Positions 44,301-54,238 of a stretch of DNA of 64,000 nt are shown piece after piece (positions within the stretch are counted from its first letter, which is position 1; every line of letters begins with the position of its first letter). A program made the translations under genes and the position numbers. Under the pieces are notes generated by a model. That model saw only the letters and a list, made by a program, of their open reading frames with translations. It made no database searches and was not told the origin of the DNA. The stretch is taken from NCBI GenBank assembly GCA_036376135.1, contig DASVAW010000075.1, positions 3,131 to 67,130 of the forward strand. The letters run 5' to 3'. The DNA is from Candidatus Polarisedimenticolaceae bacterium. GTDB lineage: Bacteria > Acidobacteriota > Polarisedimenticolia > Polarisedimenticolales > DASRJG01.

Positions 44301-44891
44301 TCAGGGTAGCGGCTTTCCCACGATCCGCGCATACGCCTCGGGGGTGTCCACGTCGGCCAGCACGCCCGGGTCGTGCACTTCGACGGCGCGCAGGCCGTCC
44401 TCGTGCGCGACGACGACCGCGCGGGCGCCGACGGAGTCCGGGGCGCGAAGCAGCTCGTCCTTGAGGCGCGCGGCGAACAGGACCGGATGACCGCGACGGC
44501 CGGCGTGTACGGGAACGACGATCGGCGCCCCTCCCTCGCGGAATGCGGCGACGAGCTTGCGGACCGTGTCCGGCATGACGGTGGGATGGTCCACCGGCCA
44601 GAGCAGGAACGCGTCGACCTCCTCGGGCAGCGCCCGGACGCCGTGGCGCACCGACGACAACATGCCCGCCTCGGGAGTCGGGTTGATCACCACGACGTCG
44701 GTGCGCAGCGCGGCGTGCTGGCGGATCTCGTCCGCGTGCTGCCCGAGCACCACGCGTACCGTGGAGACGCCCGCCGCGCGCAGGGTCGCGAGCACGTGAC
44801 CGAGGAACGTCGTCCCCTCGACCGGCAGGAGCGCCTTCGGCCGGCCCATCCGGCTCGACGCACCCGCCGCGAGCACGATCGCCCCGGTCAA
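44301..44891 (-). CDS. MobA/MocA-like nucleotidyltransferase (possible molybdenum cofactor cytidylyltransferase)
   Basis: TTG at 44891 has GGAGGG upstream and a TTGA overlap with the gshA stop. N-terminal motif AIVLAAGASSRMGRPKALLPV. Confidence 0.75.
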   Translation of the reverse strand: MTGAIVLAAGASSRMGRPKALLPVEGTTFLGHVLATLRAAGVSTVRVVLGQHADEIRQHAALRTDVVVINPTPEAGMLSSVRHGVRALPEEVDAFLLWPVDHPTVMPDTVRKLVAAFREGGAPIVVPVHAGRRGHPVLFAARLKDELLRAPDSVGARAVVVAHEDGLRAVEVHDPGVLADVDTPEAYARIVGKPLP

Positions 44892-46153
44892 GGGGTTCCC
44901 TCCGGGACCGCGAGGGCATGGTGCGCGGCGAGTCGGTCGAGCGCCGCGAGCCCCGTACCCGCCGGCCCCGCGGCGCCGCGCTGCAGACCCCGCGCGGCGA
45001 GCCCCAGCGCCGCCGCGGCGGCCTCTCGAAGCGAAGGGGCCTCGAGCGCCTCCCGCGCGGCGAGCTCCATCGCGCCCCGCCACGGGTCGTGCCCGTCCCA
45101 GGCGGCCCCGAGGGCGAGCGCCCGGTCGAGGGACTCGCCGTCGTACAGCAGCCCCGCCCAGAACGCGGGGACCGCGAGGGCGAGCGGGTCGGGCTGGAGG
45201 TCGGCGGTCCGGGCCTCGAGGTAGGAGTAGCTGCGCACCTCGGTGAAGATCGTCGAGAGGTGGAGCTCCCAATCGTCGATCGTCACCGCGTCGCACCCGC
45301 AGCGGCCCGCGAGGACCTCGAACGGCTCGCCGTGCGAGGCGACGAGCCCGCCGCCGCGGCGGAAGAAGATCGTGGGGACCTTGGCGGCCCACGCCGTCCA
45401 TCGCTCGAGGTCGAACCCCGGCTCGAAGACGACCGAGGGAAGGCCGCAGCGCGCGGCGTCGGTTTCGCGCCAGATCGCCTGACGGAACGAGCGGAAGCCG
45501 GTCTCCCGCCCGTCCGCGCGGGACGAGTTCGCGAAGAGGGCGGTCGCCAGCGGCGCCATGAGCGCCGCCGCGCGGAACTTGCGGATCCAGTCCTCCTCCG
45601 AGGAGAAATCGAAGGCGCACTGGATGCTCGCCGTCTGGGTCATCATCCTGTGGGCGAGGCGCCCGCGGGCCCCCAGATGGTCGCGCATGATCCCGTAGCG
45701 GGCCTTGGGCATCCAGGGCATCGCCGCGACGGGGGTCTCGGGGTTGACCCCGGAGTCGAGCCACGCGATTCCCAGCGCCTCTCCCGCCTCGCGCATCGCG
45801 GCGAGGTGCGCGTCCAGCTCGCGGGCGAGGGTATCGAGGTCGTCGGCGGGTCGCGAGGACCACTCGACCTGCCCCCCCGGCTCGAGGGAGATCGCTCCCC
45901 ACGGGGCCTCGATGCCGATGAGGTGGTCCCCCTCGAAGACCGGATCGCCCCCGCGACGCCGGATCAGGAACTCGAGGACCGAACGGACGCTCGCCCGCGT
46001 GCCTTCGTAGGGAATGGGACGACGCGTCGAAGCGTCGACCCCCATCTTCTCGAGCTCCATCCCCACGCGGCGTCGCTCGGAGGGCTTGAACGCCTCGCGG
46101 AAATACTCGACGAGGCGGCCGAACGGGAGGGGGCGGCGATCGACGTGGGGCAT
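44888..46153 (-). CDS. gshA: Glutamate--cysteine ligase, plant/proteobacterial type (GCS2 family)
   Basis: 421-aa track ORF. RVGMELEKMGVD resembles the GTEHEKFGF motif of the plant-type GCL family. Overall length and pattern fit. Confidence 0.75.
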   Translation of the reverse strand: MPHVDRRPLPFGRLVEYFREAFKPSERRRVGMELEKMGVDASTRRPIPYEGTRASVRSVLEFLIRRRGGDPVFEGDHLIGIEAPWGAISLEPGGQVEWSSRPADDLDTLARELDAHLAAMREAGEALGIAWLDSGVNPETPVAAMPWMPKARYGIMRDHLGARGRLAHRMMTQTASIQCAFDFSSEEDWIRKFRAAALMAPLATALFANSSRADGRETGFRSFRQAIWRETDAARCGLPSVVFEPGFDLERWTAWAAKVPTIFFRRGGGLVASHGEPFEVLAGRCGCDAVTIDDWELHLSTIFTEVRSYSYLEARTADLQPDPLALAVPAFWAGLLYDGESLDRALALGAAWDGHDPWRGAMELAAREALEAPSLREAAAAALGLAARGLQRGAAGPAGTGLAALDRLAAHHALAVPEGTP

Positions 46154-46209
46154 CGCACCTCCGGCAGGCGGGCATCTTAACGCGCCCCGCGTCCGTTAGA
46201 CTGCGCGAG

Positions 46210-47100
46210 GTGTCGCACCCTCCCGCCGGAATCGCCGCGCTGCGCGCATGCACCCGTCCCCTCGGGCCGGCGGCACGAACGCTCGCCGTGGGGCCCTGGC
46301 GGATCGGTTTCGAGGGGCTCGACGAGGGACTCGCCGCGGCGCTGGACCTGCGGTGGGGCGGCTTCTGCCTCGCTCACCCCGACGCCGCGCCGTCGCCGAC
46401 GGTTCGCTGCGTCGCGGCCGCAGGGCCCTGGCTTCCGTCGACTCCGGGCGAGGCGTACCGCATCGAAGCGGAGGTCGAGGAGGGGCTCCCGGTGGTCCGC
46501 TCCTATCGTTTTCTCGCCGGCCCCGAGGCGCCGGGGGTCTGGCGCGCGGCGTTCGCGCGCGACGGCGGGGAACCGGAGGACCGGGTCTTCGACAACCTCG
46601 CGCGCTGGTTCATCGCCCGATGCGCGATCGAGAGCGGGGGGCTGGCGCTGCACGGCGCGGGGGTCGCGAGGGACGGACGCGGCTGGATCTTCGCGGGTGC
46701 GTCGCGCGCGGGGAAATCGACGGCGGTCCGGCTGAGCGCCCCGGCGGGGAGCTTGGGGGACGATTTCGCGGTCGCCTGGCCCGAGGGGGGGGAGTGGTGG
46801 ACGTGCGCGGTCCCCTTCGACAACTCGGAGCGCGCTCCCGCCGCCGCCGGTCCGGCGCGGATCCCGGTCGCGAGGATGTGCCGATTGATCCAGGCTCCGG
46901 CGGCGTCGGTCGAACCGGTACGTCCGGCGGCACTGGCCGCCGCGACGCTGCTGTCCCTGGCCGCGTTCCCCTGGGCGCTCCCCGACCTGCTGGACGATCT
47001 TGCCGCCAACGCATCGGCGTTCGTCGGCGCCGGCCCCGGGCTCGTCGACCTCCGGTTCCGCCTCGACCCGGACTTCTGGCCGCTTCTCGTGAGAGACTGA
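46210..47100 (+). CDS. HPr-kinase-like P-loop protein (HprK C-terminal-domain-related)
   Basis: GTG start. ALHGAGVARDGRGWIFAGASRAGKSTAV matches the HprK C-domain HG...G.SG.GKS pattern. GC3 is high. Confidence 0.6.
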   Translation: MSHPPAGIAALRACTRPLGPAARTLAVGPWRIGFEGLDEGLAAALDLRWGGFCLAHPDAAPSPTVRCVAAAGPWLPSTPGEAYRIEAEVEEGLPVVRSYRFLAGPEAPGVWRAAFARDGGEPEDRVFDNLARWFIARCAIESGGLALHGAGVARDGRGWIFAGASRAGKSTAVRLSAPAGSLGDDFAVAWPEGGEWWTCAVPFDNSERAPAAAGPARIPVARMCRLIQAPAASVEPVRPAALAAATLLSLAAFPWALPDLLDDLAANASAFVGAGPGLVDLRFRLDPDFWPLLVRD

Positions 47101-47128
47101 GCGCAGCCTTTCGGTCGGGAGGGCGGTC

Positions 47129-48043
47129 ATGCGCTACCGCTTCTACACGACGGACGTGTTCACCGACCGCGTGTTCGGGGGCAACCCCCTCGTCGTCTTC
47201 CCCGACGCGGGAGGGCTTGCGACCGAGACCATGCAGCGGATCGCGGGGGAGTTCGGCGTCTCGGAGACGGTCTTCGTGTTCCCCCCGGAACAGGCCGGTC
47301 ACACGCGCCGGCTGCGCATCTTCACCCCCGGGACCGAGCTCCCCTTCGCCGGACACCCCACGATTGGAACCGCCTACGTCCTGGCGCGCACGGGGCACAT
47401 CGCCCTGCGCGGGGACGCGACGCGCGTGATCTTCGAGGAGGGCGTCGGCCCCGTGCCCGTGTCGATCCTCTGGAAGCAGGGGACGGTCGCCGGCGCGCGC
47501 ATGACCGCGCCGCAGCTGCCGATCCTCGGGCCGGCGCCCCCGCCGCTCTCGGCGATCGCGCACGTGTTGTCCCTCGATCCGCACGACCTGCGCGCCGACG
47601 ACTACCGCCCGGAGGCGGTCTCGTGCGGCGTGCCGTTCCTGTTCGTCCCCTTGCGCGGCCGCGACGCATTGCGCCGGGCGCGGATCGATCCCGCGCGCTG
47701 GGACCACGTCATGCGGTCCTGGTGGGCGCCGTCGATCTACGCCCTCTGCTTCCTCCCCGACGGGGCGGAGGCGAGCCTGTCCGCACGCATGTTCGCCCCC
47801 GGACTCGGCGTCGTCGAGGACCCCGCGACCGGTGCCGCCGTCTCCGCCCTCGCCGGTTATCTCGCGCCGCGGGACCGATCCGGGGACGGGAAGCTCCAGT
47901 GGAGGATCGAACAGGGGGTGGACATGGGGCGCCCGAGCCGGCTCGACCTCGAGGCCGAGCGGAGCGCCGACGCGCTCGTGGAAGTCCGCGTCGGCGGGGC
48001 CGCGGTGATGGTGAGCTCGGGGGAGATGGAGGTGCCGGGGTGA
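47129..48043 (+). CDS. PhzF-family isomerase
   Basis: 304-aa track ORF with the N-terminus [19 protein letters not shown] and EL(P)FAGHPTIGT. Confidence 0.9.
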   Translation: MRYRFYTTDVFTDRVFGGNPLVVFPDAGGLATETMQRIAGEFGVSETVFVFPPEQAGHTRRLRIFTPGTELPFAGHPTIGTAYVLARTGHIALRGDATRVIFEEGVGPVPVSILWKQGTVAGARMTAPQLPILGPAPPPLSAIAHVLSLDPHDLRADDYRPEAVSCGVPFLFVPLRGRDALRRARIDPARWDHVMRSWWAPSIYALCFLPDGAEASLSARMFAPGLGVVEDPATGAAVSALAGYLAPRDRSGDGKLQWRIEQGVDMGRPSRLDLEAERSADALVEVRVGGAAVMVSSGEMEVPG

Positions 48044-48047
48044 CCGC

Positions 48048-48803
48048 TCAGGTCCGCGCGCACCAGACCTCGGTGGAGTAGGCGAACCGGACCCGTCCCT
48101 GCTCGGCGTGCGCCTCGTAAAGTCCGCGCAGCGCCTCGAGCATCGCCTCGTGCCGCGGATGTCCCGCCGCCGGGGCGTACGACGACGAGAGCAGCCGTCC
48201 CCTGAGGCCCTCGAAGTCGAAGACCTGCGCATGGGGGAGCCTCCGGACGCTCGCCGTCACGTCGCCGAAGAAGGCGGCGACGTCCTCGGGCTTCCCGTGG
48301 ACGCGTCGCGAGGCCTCGAGGTCGATCGAGAAGCGCTGGACCAGCTCCTCGTAGTCGCGCATGAAGGGGGAGGCGTCGACGTCTCTGATGTTCCAGACGA
48401 GGGCCAGGCCCCCGCCGGGCCGGAGGATCCGGCGGAACTCCGCCCGCGCCCCCGCGACGTCGAACCAGTGGAACGCCTGGGCGGCGGTGACGACGTCGAC
48501 CGATCGGTCGGGAAGCCCCGTCGCCTCCGCCCGTCCCTCGACCGCCTCCACTCCGCGGACGCGCCCGAACGCCTTCGCGAGGGCGGCGCGCATCGCGTCG
48601 TTGGGCTCGACCGCGAAGACGCGGCAGCCGCGCGCGACCAGCAGGCGCGTGAGTTGGCCGGTCCCGGCGCCCACGTCGGCGACGACGGCGCCGGGGACGA
48701 GGCCGCACTCCGCCGCGAGAACGTCGAGGACGGCGTCGGGGTAACCCGGCCGGAACCGGACGTAATCGTCCACCCGATCGGTGAAGCGTCGTGTGGGGTC
48801 CAT
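48048..48803 (-). CDS. Class I SAM-dependent methyltransferase
   Basis: Internal ATG ([14 protein letters not shown]). Motif I is [16 protein letters not shown] is typical of the Methyltransf_11 type. Confidence 0.85.
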   Translation of the reverse strand: MDPTRRFTDRVDDYVRFRPGYPDAVLDVLAAECGLVPGAVVADVGAGTGQLTRLLVARGCRVFAVEPNDAMRAALAKAFGRVRGVEAVEGRAEATGLPDRSVDVVTAAQAFHWFDVAGARAEFRRILRPGGGLALVWNIRDVDASPFMRDYEELVQRFSIDLEASRRVHGKPEDVAAFFGDVTASVRRLPHAQVFDFEGLRGRLLSSSYAPAAGHPRHEAMLEALRGLYEAHAEQGRVRFAYSTEVWCART

Positions 48804-48848
48804 GTGCACGTGCCACAATACGACGCTTCGACCCCGGAGGTTCCCGTC

Positions 48849-49940
48849 ATGGCCGAACGGAAGAGCAAGTGGCTGTCCGGCGCGCGCATCAACCCCGAGC
48901 CGATCCGCGGCGGGGTGAGCGTGGCCGACCTCGTCGACCGCGCGTTCCTCGCCTACAACGCCGGGCGATTGCAGAAGGCCTCGCGTCTGTACGTCGAGAA
49001 GATGCTCGCGGACGACGCGGTGGTCGGGATGAGCCTCACCGGGGCGCTGACCCCCGCCGGGCTCGGCCGGTCGGTCCTCATCCCGCTGATCCGCGCGGGG
49101 TTCGTCGACTGGATCGTCTCGACCGGCGCGAACCTGTACCACGACGCCCACTACGGTCTCGGTCTCGCCCTCCACCAGGGAACGCACGAGGTCGACGACC
49201 GGATCCTCCGCCAGGAGGGGGTGGTCCGGATCTACGACATCCTCTTCGACTACAAGGTGCTCCTCCAGACCGACGCGTACCTGCGCGAGGTCATGAACGC
49301 CCCGGAGTTCGACCGCGAGATGTCGACCGCCGAGCTGCACCACCTCCTCGGCAAGTACCTCGCCGCGCGTGAGGACGAGCTCGGCGTGAGCGACTCGTGC
49401 GTGCTCACGACGGCGTACCGCTGCGGCGTCCCGTGTTACGTCTCCTCCCCGGGGGACTCGTCGATCGGGATGAACGTCGCGGAGCTGTGGCTGAGGGGGA
49501 AGGGGCCGCGGATCGACGTCTCCCGGGACGTGAACGAAACCGCGGCGATCGTCTACGCGACCAAGAAGTCGGGCGGGGCCTCGGGGGTGCTCATCGTCGG
49601 CGGGGGGTCGCCGAAGAACTTCATGCTCCAGACCGAGCCGCAGATCCAGGAGGTCCTCGGCCTCGACGAGGCGGGACACGACTACTTCGTGCAGATCACG
49701 GATGCGAGGCCCGACACCGGCGGCCTTTCGGGCGCCACGCCGGGCGAGGCGGTGTCGTGGGGAAAGGTCGATCCCGACAAGCTCCCCGGGACCGTCGTCG
49801 TCTACGGCGACTCGACGATCGTCGCTCCGCTGCTCACCGCCTACGCCCTCACCCGCCGGGACCCGCGCCCGCTGCGCCGGCTGTACGACAGGCGGGAGGA
49901 GATGCTGGGGCTCCTGCGCCGCGCCTACGCGGAGCGGTGA
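48849..49940 (+). CDS. Deoxyhypusine synthase family protein
   Basis: Internal ATG ([11 protein letters not shown]). The DHS-like pattern includes [19 protein letters not shown] and GGGSPKNF. Confidence 0.85.
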   Translation: MAERKSKWLSGARINPEPIRGGVSVADLVDRAFLAYNAGRLQKASRLYVEKMLADDAVVGMSLTGALTPAGLGRSVLIPLIRAGFVDWIVSTGANLYHDAHYGLGLALHQGTHEVDDRILRQEGVVRIYDILFDYKVLLQTDAYLREVMNAPEFDREMSTAELHHLLGKYLAAREDELGVSDSCVLTTAYRCGVPCYVSSPGDSSIGMNVAELWLRGKGPRIDVSRDVNETAAIVYATKKSGGASGVLIVGGGSPKNFMLQTEPQIQEVLGLDEAGHDYFVQITDARPDTGGLSGATPGEAVSWGKVDPDKLPGTVVVYGDSTIVAPLLTAYALTRRDPRPLRRLYDRREEMLGLLRRAYAER

Positions 49941-49943
49941 GCC

Positions 49944-50405
49944 TCACATCGAAGCGTCCTGCATGACGAGCCACTTCCCCGCGACGACGTGGAGGACGAT
50001 CAGCGTCCACCCCGTCGCGGCGGGCTTGTCGGGGTAGGTGAGGGTCCACTTCGCGGCGACGGTCACGGTGTCGCCGCCGTCCCTCAGGTCCACCGGCTCC
50101 AGGGTCAGCGTTCCCATCGCCGCCGCGTCGGGGTACTTCGCCTTGTACCGGGTGCGGACCGCTTCGCGGCCGCGGGTGAGGCCGCCGGGCGTCACGAACA
50201 GGGCGTCCTCGGCGTACACGGCGCAGAAGGCGTCGATGTCCCCCCGACTCCAGGCGAGCGCCTGTTGTTTCAGGACGGCGACGGCGGGATGGCGCGCGAT
50301 CTCCGCGGGGTCCGTGATTCCGTGATCGTGGCTGACCGCCTCGACCATCGGGTCGGGGGCGGACGGGGACTGGGCGAGCGCGAGGGACAGGACGATCGCC
50401 AGCAT
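49944..50405 (-). CDS. SnoaL/DUF4440-like NTF2-fold protein with signal peptide
   Basis: 153-aa track ORF. WSRGDIDAFCAVYAEDALFVTPGG is typical of DUF4440. Confidence 0.7.
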   Translation of the reverse strand: MLAIVLSLALAQSPSAPDPMVEAVSHDHGITDPAEIARHPAVAVLKQQALAWSRGDIDAFCAVYAEDALFVTPGGLTRGREAVRTRYKAKYPDAAAMGTLTLEPVDLRDGGDTVTVAAKWTLTYPDKPAATGWTLIVLHVVAGKWLVMQDASM

Positions 50406-50439
50406 CGACGAAGACCTCCGCCCGCGATCGTACTCCCGA

Positions 50440-51306
50440 TCAGGCGGAGCGCGGCTCCAGGTGCCCCATCCGACCCGCCTGGTAGTCGGCGATCGCCTGG
50501 CGGATCTCCTGCTCGGTGTTCATGACGAAGGGCCCGTACCCGGCGATCGGCTCGTGGATCGGCTCGCCGCCCAGGAACAACACGGTCGCGCCGGCCTCCG
50601 AGGCGATCCCGACGCGCGCGGGCTCGTCGGACAGGAGGACGACGTGACCGTCGCGCACCTGGTCGCGTCCGACGCCGATCGTGCCCTTCAGCACGGCGAA
50701 CATGGCGTGATGTCCCGCGGGGACGTCGAACTCGAGGCGCGCACCCGGCGCGAGGCGGACGTCCCAGACGTTCACCGGGGTGACCGTGGACGCAGCGCCG
50801 GCGGTTCCGTCGAAGTCGCCGGCGATCACCCGGACCCGCGCGCCCTCGCGCTCGACCACGGGGATCGTCCCGGAGGTGAGCGTCTGGTAGCGCGGGGCCG
50901 ACATCTTGTGCGCGGCGGGGAGGTTGACCCATAGCTGCGCCATCTCGAGCTCGCCCCCTTCGCGCGTGAACCTCCGGGAGTGTTTCTCCTCGTGCACGAC
51001 CCCCGAGGCGGCGGTCATCCACTGCACGTCGCCCGGGCCGATCGTCCCCGCGTGCCCCCCCGAGTCGCGGTGCTCGATCTCACCCGCGTAGGCGATCGTC
51101 ACCGTCTCGAACCCGCGGTGGGGGTGCTCGTCGACTCCGCGCGGCGTCGTCGCGGGAGGGAAGGTCGCGGGCCCGCCATGGTCGAGGAGCAGGAACGGGC
51201 TGATCCGTGGGCCGCTGCGGTGGTACGAGAACAACGTGCGGACCGGAAATCCGTCGCCGACCCAGTGGCTCCCCTCGTTCGTCAGGATGCGCTCGACCGT
51301 CTTCAT
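50440..51306 (-). CDS. Pirin family protein
   Basis: Internal ATG (MKTVERILT). The HPHRGFETVT motif is present, with a bicupin layout. Confidence 0.9.
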   Translation of the reverse strand: MKTVERILTNEGSHWVGDGFPVRTLFSYHRSGPRISPFLLLDHGGPATFPPATTPRGVDEHPHRGFETVTIAYAGEIEHRDSGGHAGTIGPGDVQWMTAASGVVHEEKHSRRFTREGGELEMAQLWVNLPAAHKMSAPRYQTLTSGTIPVVEREGARVRVIAGDFDGTAGAASTVTPVNVWDVRLAPGARLEFDVPAGHHAMFAVLKGTIGVGRDQVRDGHVVLLSDEPARVGIASEAGATVLFLGGEPIHEPIAGYGPFVMNTEQEIRQAIADYQAGRMGHLEPRSA

Positions 51307-51347
51307 GGTGGCCTCCGCTCGATCCGATGCGGCGGCGTTTCCGCGGA

Positions 51348-52352
51348 TCACCCCTCGGCCGGCCGCCCGAGGAATCGCGAGAGCTCGTCCGCGATCGGCT
51401 CCGGCGCCCCCCACGGCAGGTTGTGACCGAGCCCCGGGGCGTCGAGGACCCGGAATCGGACGGGGACGCCGTTCTCGCGGTGCGCCTCCTCGAGCGCCGA
51501 GCGAAGGTCGGCCTGGTCCGGGACCTGGGGGAAAACCGGATCGTCCTTCCCGGAGATCACGAGGGCGGGGACCTTGAGGTCGGAGAGCCGCGAGCGGACG
51601 TCGAACGCGCGCAGGCCCCGCGTGGCGCCGATCCAGGTGCCGAGGCGGATCGCCAGGGTCTCCGGGAGGACCGACTGCACGAACGCGGCGTCGGCGTTCG
51701 CTTCGGTGACCCACTCCGTCGCCATCCACTCGGACGCCCGCGGATCGGCGTCGGTCGCAACCAGTTCCCACGCGTCGTCGGGGAATCGGAGTCCCTTCGA
51801 CTCGAGCCCCCGTTTCCAGGACCCTTCGATCCGCTCCGCCAGCAGGTAGTCGCGCACGACCGGGTTCTCGCGCATGTCCGCCGAGGTCGCGACGAGGGTC
51901 ACGCTCGCCACGCGGTCGGGGCGGGAGAGCGCGGTCTCCTGCGCGACGGCTCCCCCCATCGAGTGGCCGACGAGGTGGGCGCGATCGACCTGGAGGGCGT
52001 CGAGGGTCGCGATCACGTCGCGCGCGAAGTCCTCCACGGCGAAGCAGCGCTCCGGGGCCGCCTTGCACGCACGGTCCTGGGGCATCGACGAGGCCCCGTG
52101 CCCGCGCTGATCGACCGCGATCAGCCGCAGATCCGGGCGCAGCGTCGCCAGCTTCTCGATCACCGGCGCGAACGACCGGCTGGTGTCGGTGAGGCCGTGC
52201 AGGAAGACCACCGCCTCGCCCTTCGGATCGCCGGCCTCGACGACGTGGACCCGCACGCCGGTGGGGAGGGGAAGGCGATGCGGAGACGACTTCCAAAGGC
52301 ATGCGGGCGCCGTGAAGGCGACGAGCAGAACGGCGAGACGGAAGAGTTTCAT
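51348..52352 (-). CDS. Alpha/beta hydrolase with signal peptide
   Basis: Internal ATG (MKLFRLAVLLVAF). Motifs are HGLTD and the nucleophile elbow GHSMGG. Confidence 0.85.
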   Translation of the reverse strand: MKLFRLAVLLVAFTAPACLWKSSPHRLPLPTGVRVHVVEAGDPKGEAVVFLHGLTDTSRSFAPVIEKLATLRPDLRLIAVDQRGHGASSMPQDRACKAAPERCFAVEDFARDVIATLDALQVDRAHLVGHSMGGAVAQETALSRPDRVASVTLVATSADMRENPVVRDYLLAERIEGSWKRGLESKGLRFPDDAWELVATDADPRASEWMATEWVTEANADAAFVQSVLPETLAIRLGTWIGATRGLRAFDVRSRLSDLKVPALVISGKDDPVFPQVPDQADLRSALEEAHRENGVPVRFRVLDAPGLGHNLPWGAPEPIADELSRFLGRPAEG

Positions 52353-52411
52353 CGGGCGTTCCTCGCAGGGAGGTAACGCACGCGTAAGCCGGGTCCCGCC
52401 ACCCCGAGCGA

Positions 52412-52840
52412 TCAGGGCGCCGGAGCGGCGAGGACGTCGACCGGCTCCTCGAACGCGATGAACAGCGTGCAGGGTGCGCCCTTCGCGCAATGCGCTTCGT
52501 GCACCGCCTTCGGAGGGCCGTAGGCGTACGTTCCGGGTCGCAGCACGACCGGCTCCTGTCCGTCGTAGCGGACGTGCAGCTCACCGGAAACGGCCACGAT
52601 GCGCTCCGCCGAGGTGTGCGCGTGGCGCGGGATCTTCGCGTCCGCGGGAACCTGGAAAAAGATATCGGCGTTGGGCTTCGCCGGGTCGCCGTGAAGCACC
52701 GCGATCCGGCATCCCTCCGGCATCGGGGCGGGGCAGGGGCCCCATTGCAGCCCGGGATCGGTCGGGGAGACGGGGGCGGCGAGGGCACCTGTCGACGCCA
52801 GCAGGAGTCCGGCGAGCGAATGCAGCGTGGGCTTGAACAC
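52412..52840 (-). CDS. Cupin-domain protein with signal peptide
   Basis: 142-aa track ORF. It shows the cupin His pattern PRHAHTSAERIVAVSGEL. Confidence 0.7.
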   Translation of the reverse strand: MFKPTLHSLAGLLLASTGALAAPVSPTDPGLQWGPCPAPMPEGCRIAVLHGDPAKPNADIFFQVPADAKIPRHAHTSAERIVAVSGELHVRYDGQEPVVLRPGTYAYGPPKAVHEAHCAKGAPCTLFIAFEEPVDVLAAPAP

Positions 52841-52892
52841 GGGGCCTCCTCCGAGGATTGGGGAAGCCTCGAGCCTACCCCCGTCGTCAAGC

Positions 52893-53558
52893 CTAGGGAC
52901 CCGCCTCGCATCGGGGGTAGTCCGGGATCCCCGCCCCGAGCACGATGTCCCGCCGAACGATCCAGGTTCCGTCCGCGGCGCGCGTGGGACGCACGATCCC
53001 GCTGCCGCCCCGCCCGTGATCGTGGGCGCGCCGTTGCGCCTCGGTCAGCCGAGGGTCGTCCTCGAACAGGACGTCGTCGATCCAGTAGGTGCACCGCCCC
53101 GGCTCGATCACGTGCAGGTGGACGTGCTGGGGAATCCCGGTTCCCGGATACCCGGCGGGGCGGATCGACTCGAACCGGTACGTCCCGCTCGCGTCGGTCC
53201 GCGCGAAACCCCGCAGGCGGCCGTGGCGGCCGGCCGCGGATCTCCGCAACGCGTCGTCGGTCGGGTACACCCCCCGCGCGTCGGTGTGGTAGGCGTAGAC
53301 GACGATGCCGGCGGCGGGGGTGCCGCCGGGGGTGCGCACCACGCCGCTCAGGATCATCGGCTCGCCCGCCTCACCGGGGGGCGCGAGTCGCGCGGTCGTC
53401 GCGATCCGAGCGGGTCGGCCCTGGAATACCGCCTCGCACCCCTCGCAAGGTCCCCCGACGATCGGTTCGGAGGAGGCGAGCGCGAGCAGCAACCCGGCGA
53501 GCGGCATGCCCGGGGTTATCCCACCGAAGACGCGGAGCGCCACGGGGAGTGCAGTCAA
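52893..53558 (-). CDS. Intradiol ring-cleavage dioxygenase-like protein
   Basis: TTG start at 53558 (alternative ATG at 53507). The pattern VYAYHTDARGVY...GRLRGFARTDASGTYRFESIRPAGYP...PQHVHLHV is typical of the dioxygenase C-terminal domain. Confidence 0.75.
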   Translation of the reverse strand: MTALPVALRVFGGITPGMPLAGLLLALASSEPIVGGPCEGCEAVFQGRPARIATTARLAPPGEAGEPMILSGVVRTPGGTPAAGIVVYAYHTDARGVYPTDDALRRSAAGRHGRLRGFARTDASGTYRFESIRPAGYPGTGIPQHVHLHVIEPGRCTYWIDDVLFEDDPRLTEAQRRAHDHGRGGSGIVRPTRAADGTWIVRRDIVLGAGIPDYPRCEAGP

Positions 53559-53807
53559 CCGCGGCCCCGGTGCGGCTACTCCGCCGTCAGACTCCCGGCT
53601 CCCGGGATCTCCCTTTCGATCACGAATTTCGGCATGGGGCCTCCTTCGGGTGGCAGCCTACTCTCGCCCATGCTTTCTCCGAAGCGGAGAGCCGCCCCCG
53701 GGCCCAATCGGAACCTCGATGCGGGTATCGCTTACCCGTGATGTTCTATTGACAATGTCGCCCCGAATCGTCGTACCTTCCCGCGCGCAGGAGAGGGGGG
53801 AGAGACG

Positions 53808-54230
53808 GTGGGGAAGCAGGGGGACCTCGAGGCGCGGGCGTCCATCGACGCGATCGCCGAGTCGTTTTTCGATCTCTTCGACAATCGCGGCGGCCGCCCG
53901 CCCCGACTCGACATGCTCCACGAGCTGGTCGTCCCGGGGGCGACCATCGTGCGCGCGACCGAGCCGGAGCCCGAGTTGACCAACGTCGCGGATTTTCTCG
54001 CGCCGCGGCAGAAGATGCTCTCCGACGGCACGCTCGCGGAGTTCGCCGAGCGCGAGCTCGCCGCGACCACCGAGGTCTTCGGGAACGTCGCGCAGCGGTT
54101 CAGTCTCTACGAGAAGAGCGGGATCCGCGACGGCCGGCAGTTCACCACGCGCGGCATGAAGGCGTTCCAGTTCGTGCGCACCCCGGACGGCTGGCGCATC
54201 AGCGCGGTCGCTTGGGACGACGAGCGGTAG
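53808..54230 (+). CDS. NTF2-like (DUF4440-type) protein
   Basis: GTG start with a G-rich Shine-Dalgarno. The C-terminal FQFVRTPDGWRISAVAWDD is typical of the NTF2-like fold. Confidence 0.6.
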   Translation: MGKQGDLEARASIDAIAESFFDLFDNRGGRPPRLDMLHELVVPGATIVRATEPEPELTNVADFLAPRQKMLSDGTLAEFAERELAATTEVFGNVAQRFSLYEKSGIRDGRQFTTRGMKAFQFVRTPDGWRISAVAWDDER

Positions 54231-54238
54231 CTCCCCCC

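Noticed and set aside
43553-44464. 303-aa plus-strand ORF starting in the AT-rich ARG-box region.
   Set aside because: It runs antisense to the well-supported lipoprotein and nucleotidyltransferase genes. It is Arg/Pro/Gly-rich with no recognisable domains, and its ATG is part of the ARG-box palindrome.
46210-47100. HprK-like protein plus the nearby nucleotidyltransferase as tailoring enzymes of a lasso-peptide/RiPP cluster.
   Set aside because: No asparagine-synthetase-like cyclase, no transglutaminase-like leader peptidase adjacent, no PqqD-like RRE, and no credible short precursor ORF in the 56-bp and 28-bp gaps. It is kept only as a tentative small-molecule locus.
53722-53779. Palindrome CGGGTA-tcgct-TACCCG plus a TTGACA at 53749-53754, as operator and promoter for the NTF2-like gene in the largest intergenic gap (249 bp).
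   Set aside because: No acceptable -10 hexamer lies at 16-19 nt spacing (best candidates are CGTACC and TACCTT). The palindrome is short (6 bp) and no regulator is adjacent. It is too weak to report as a feature.
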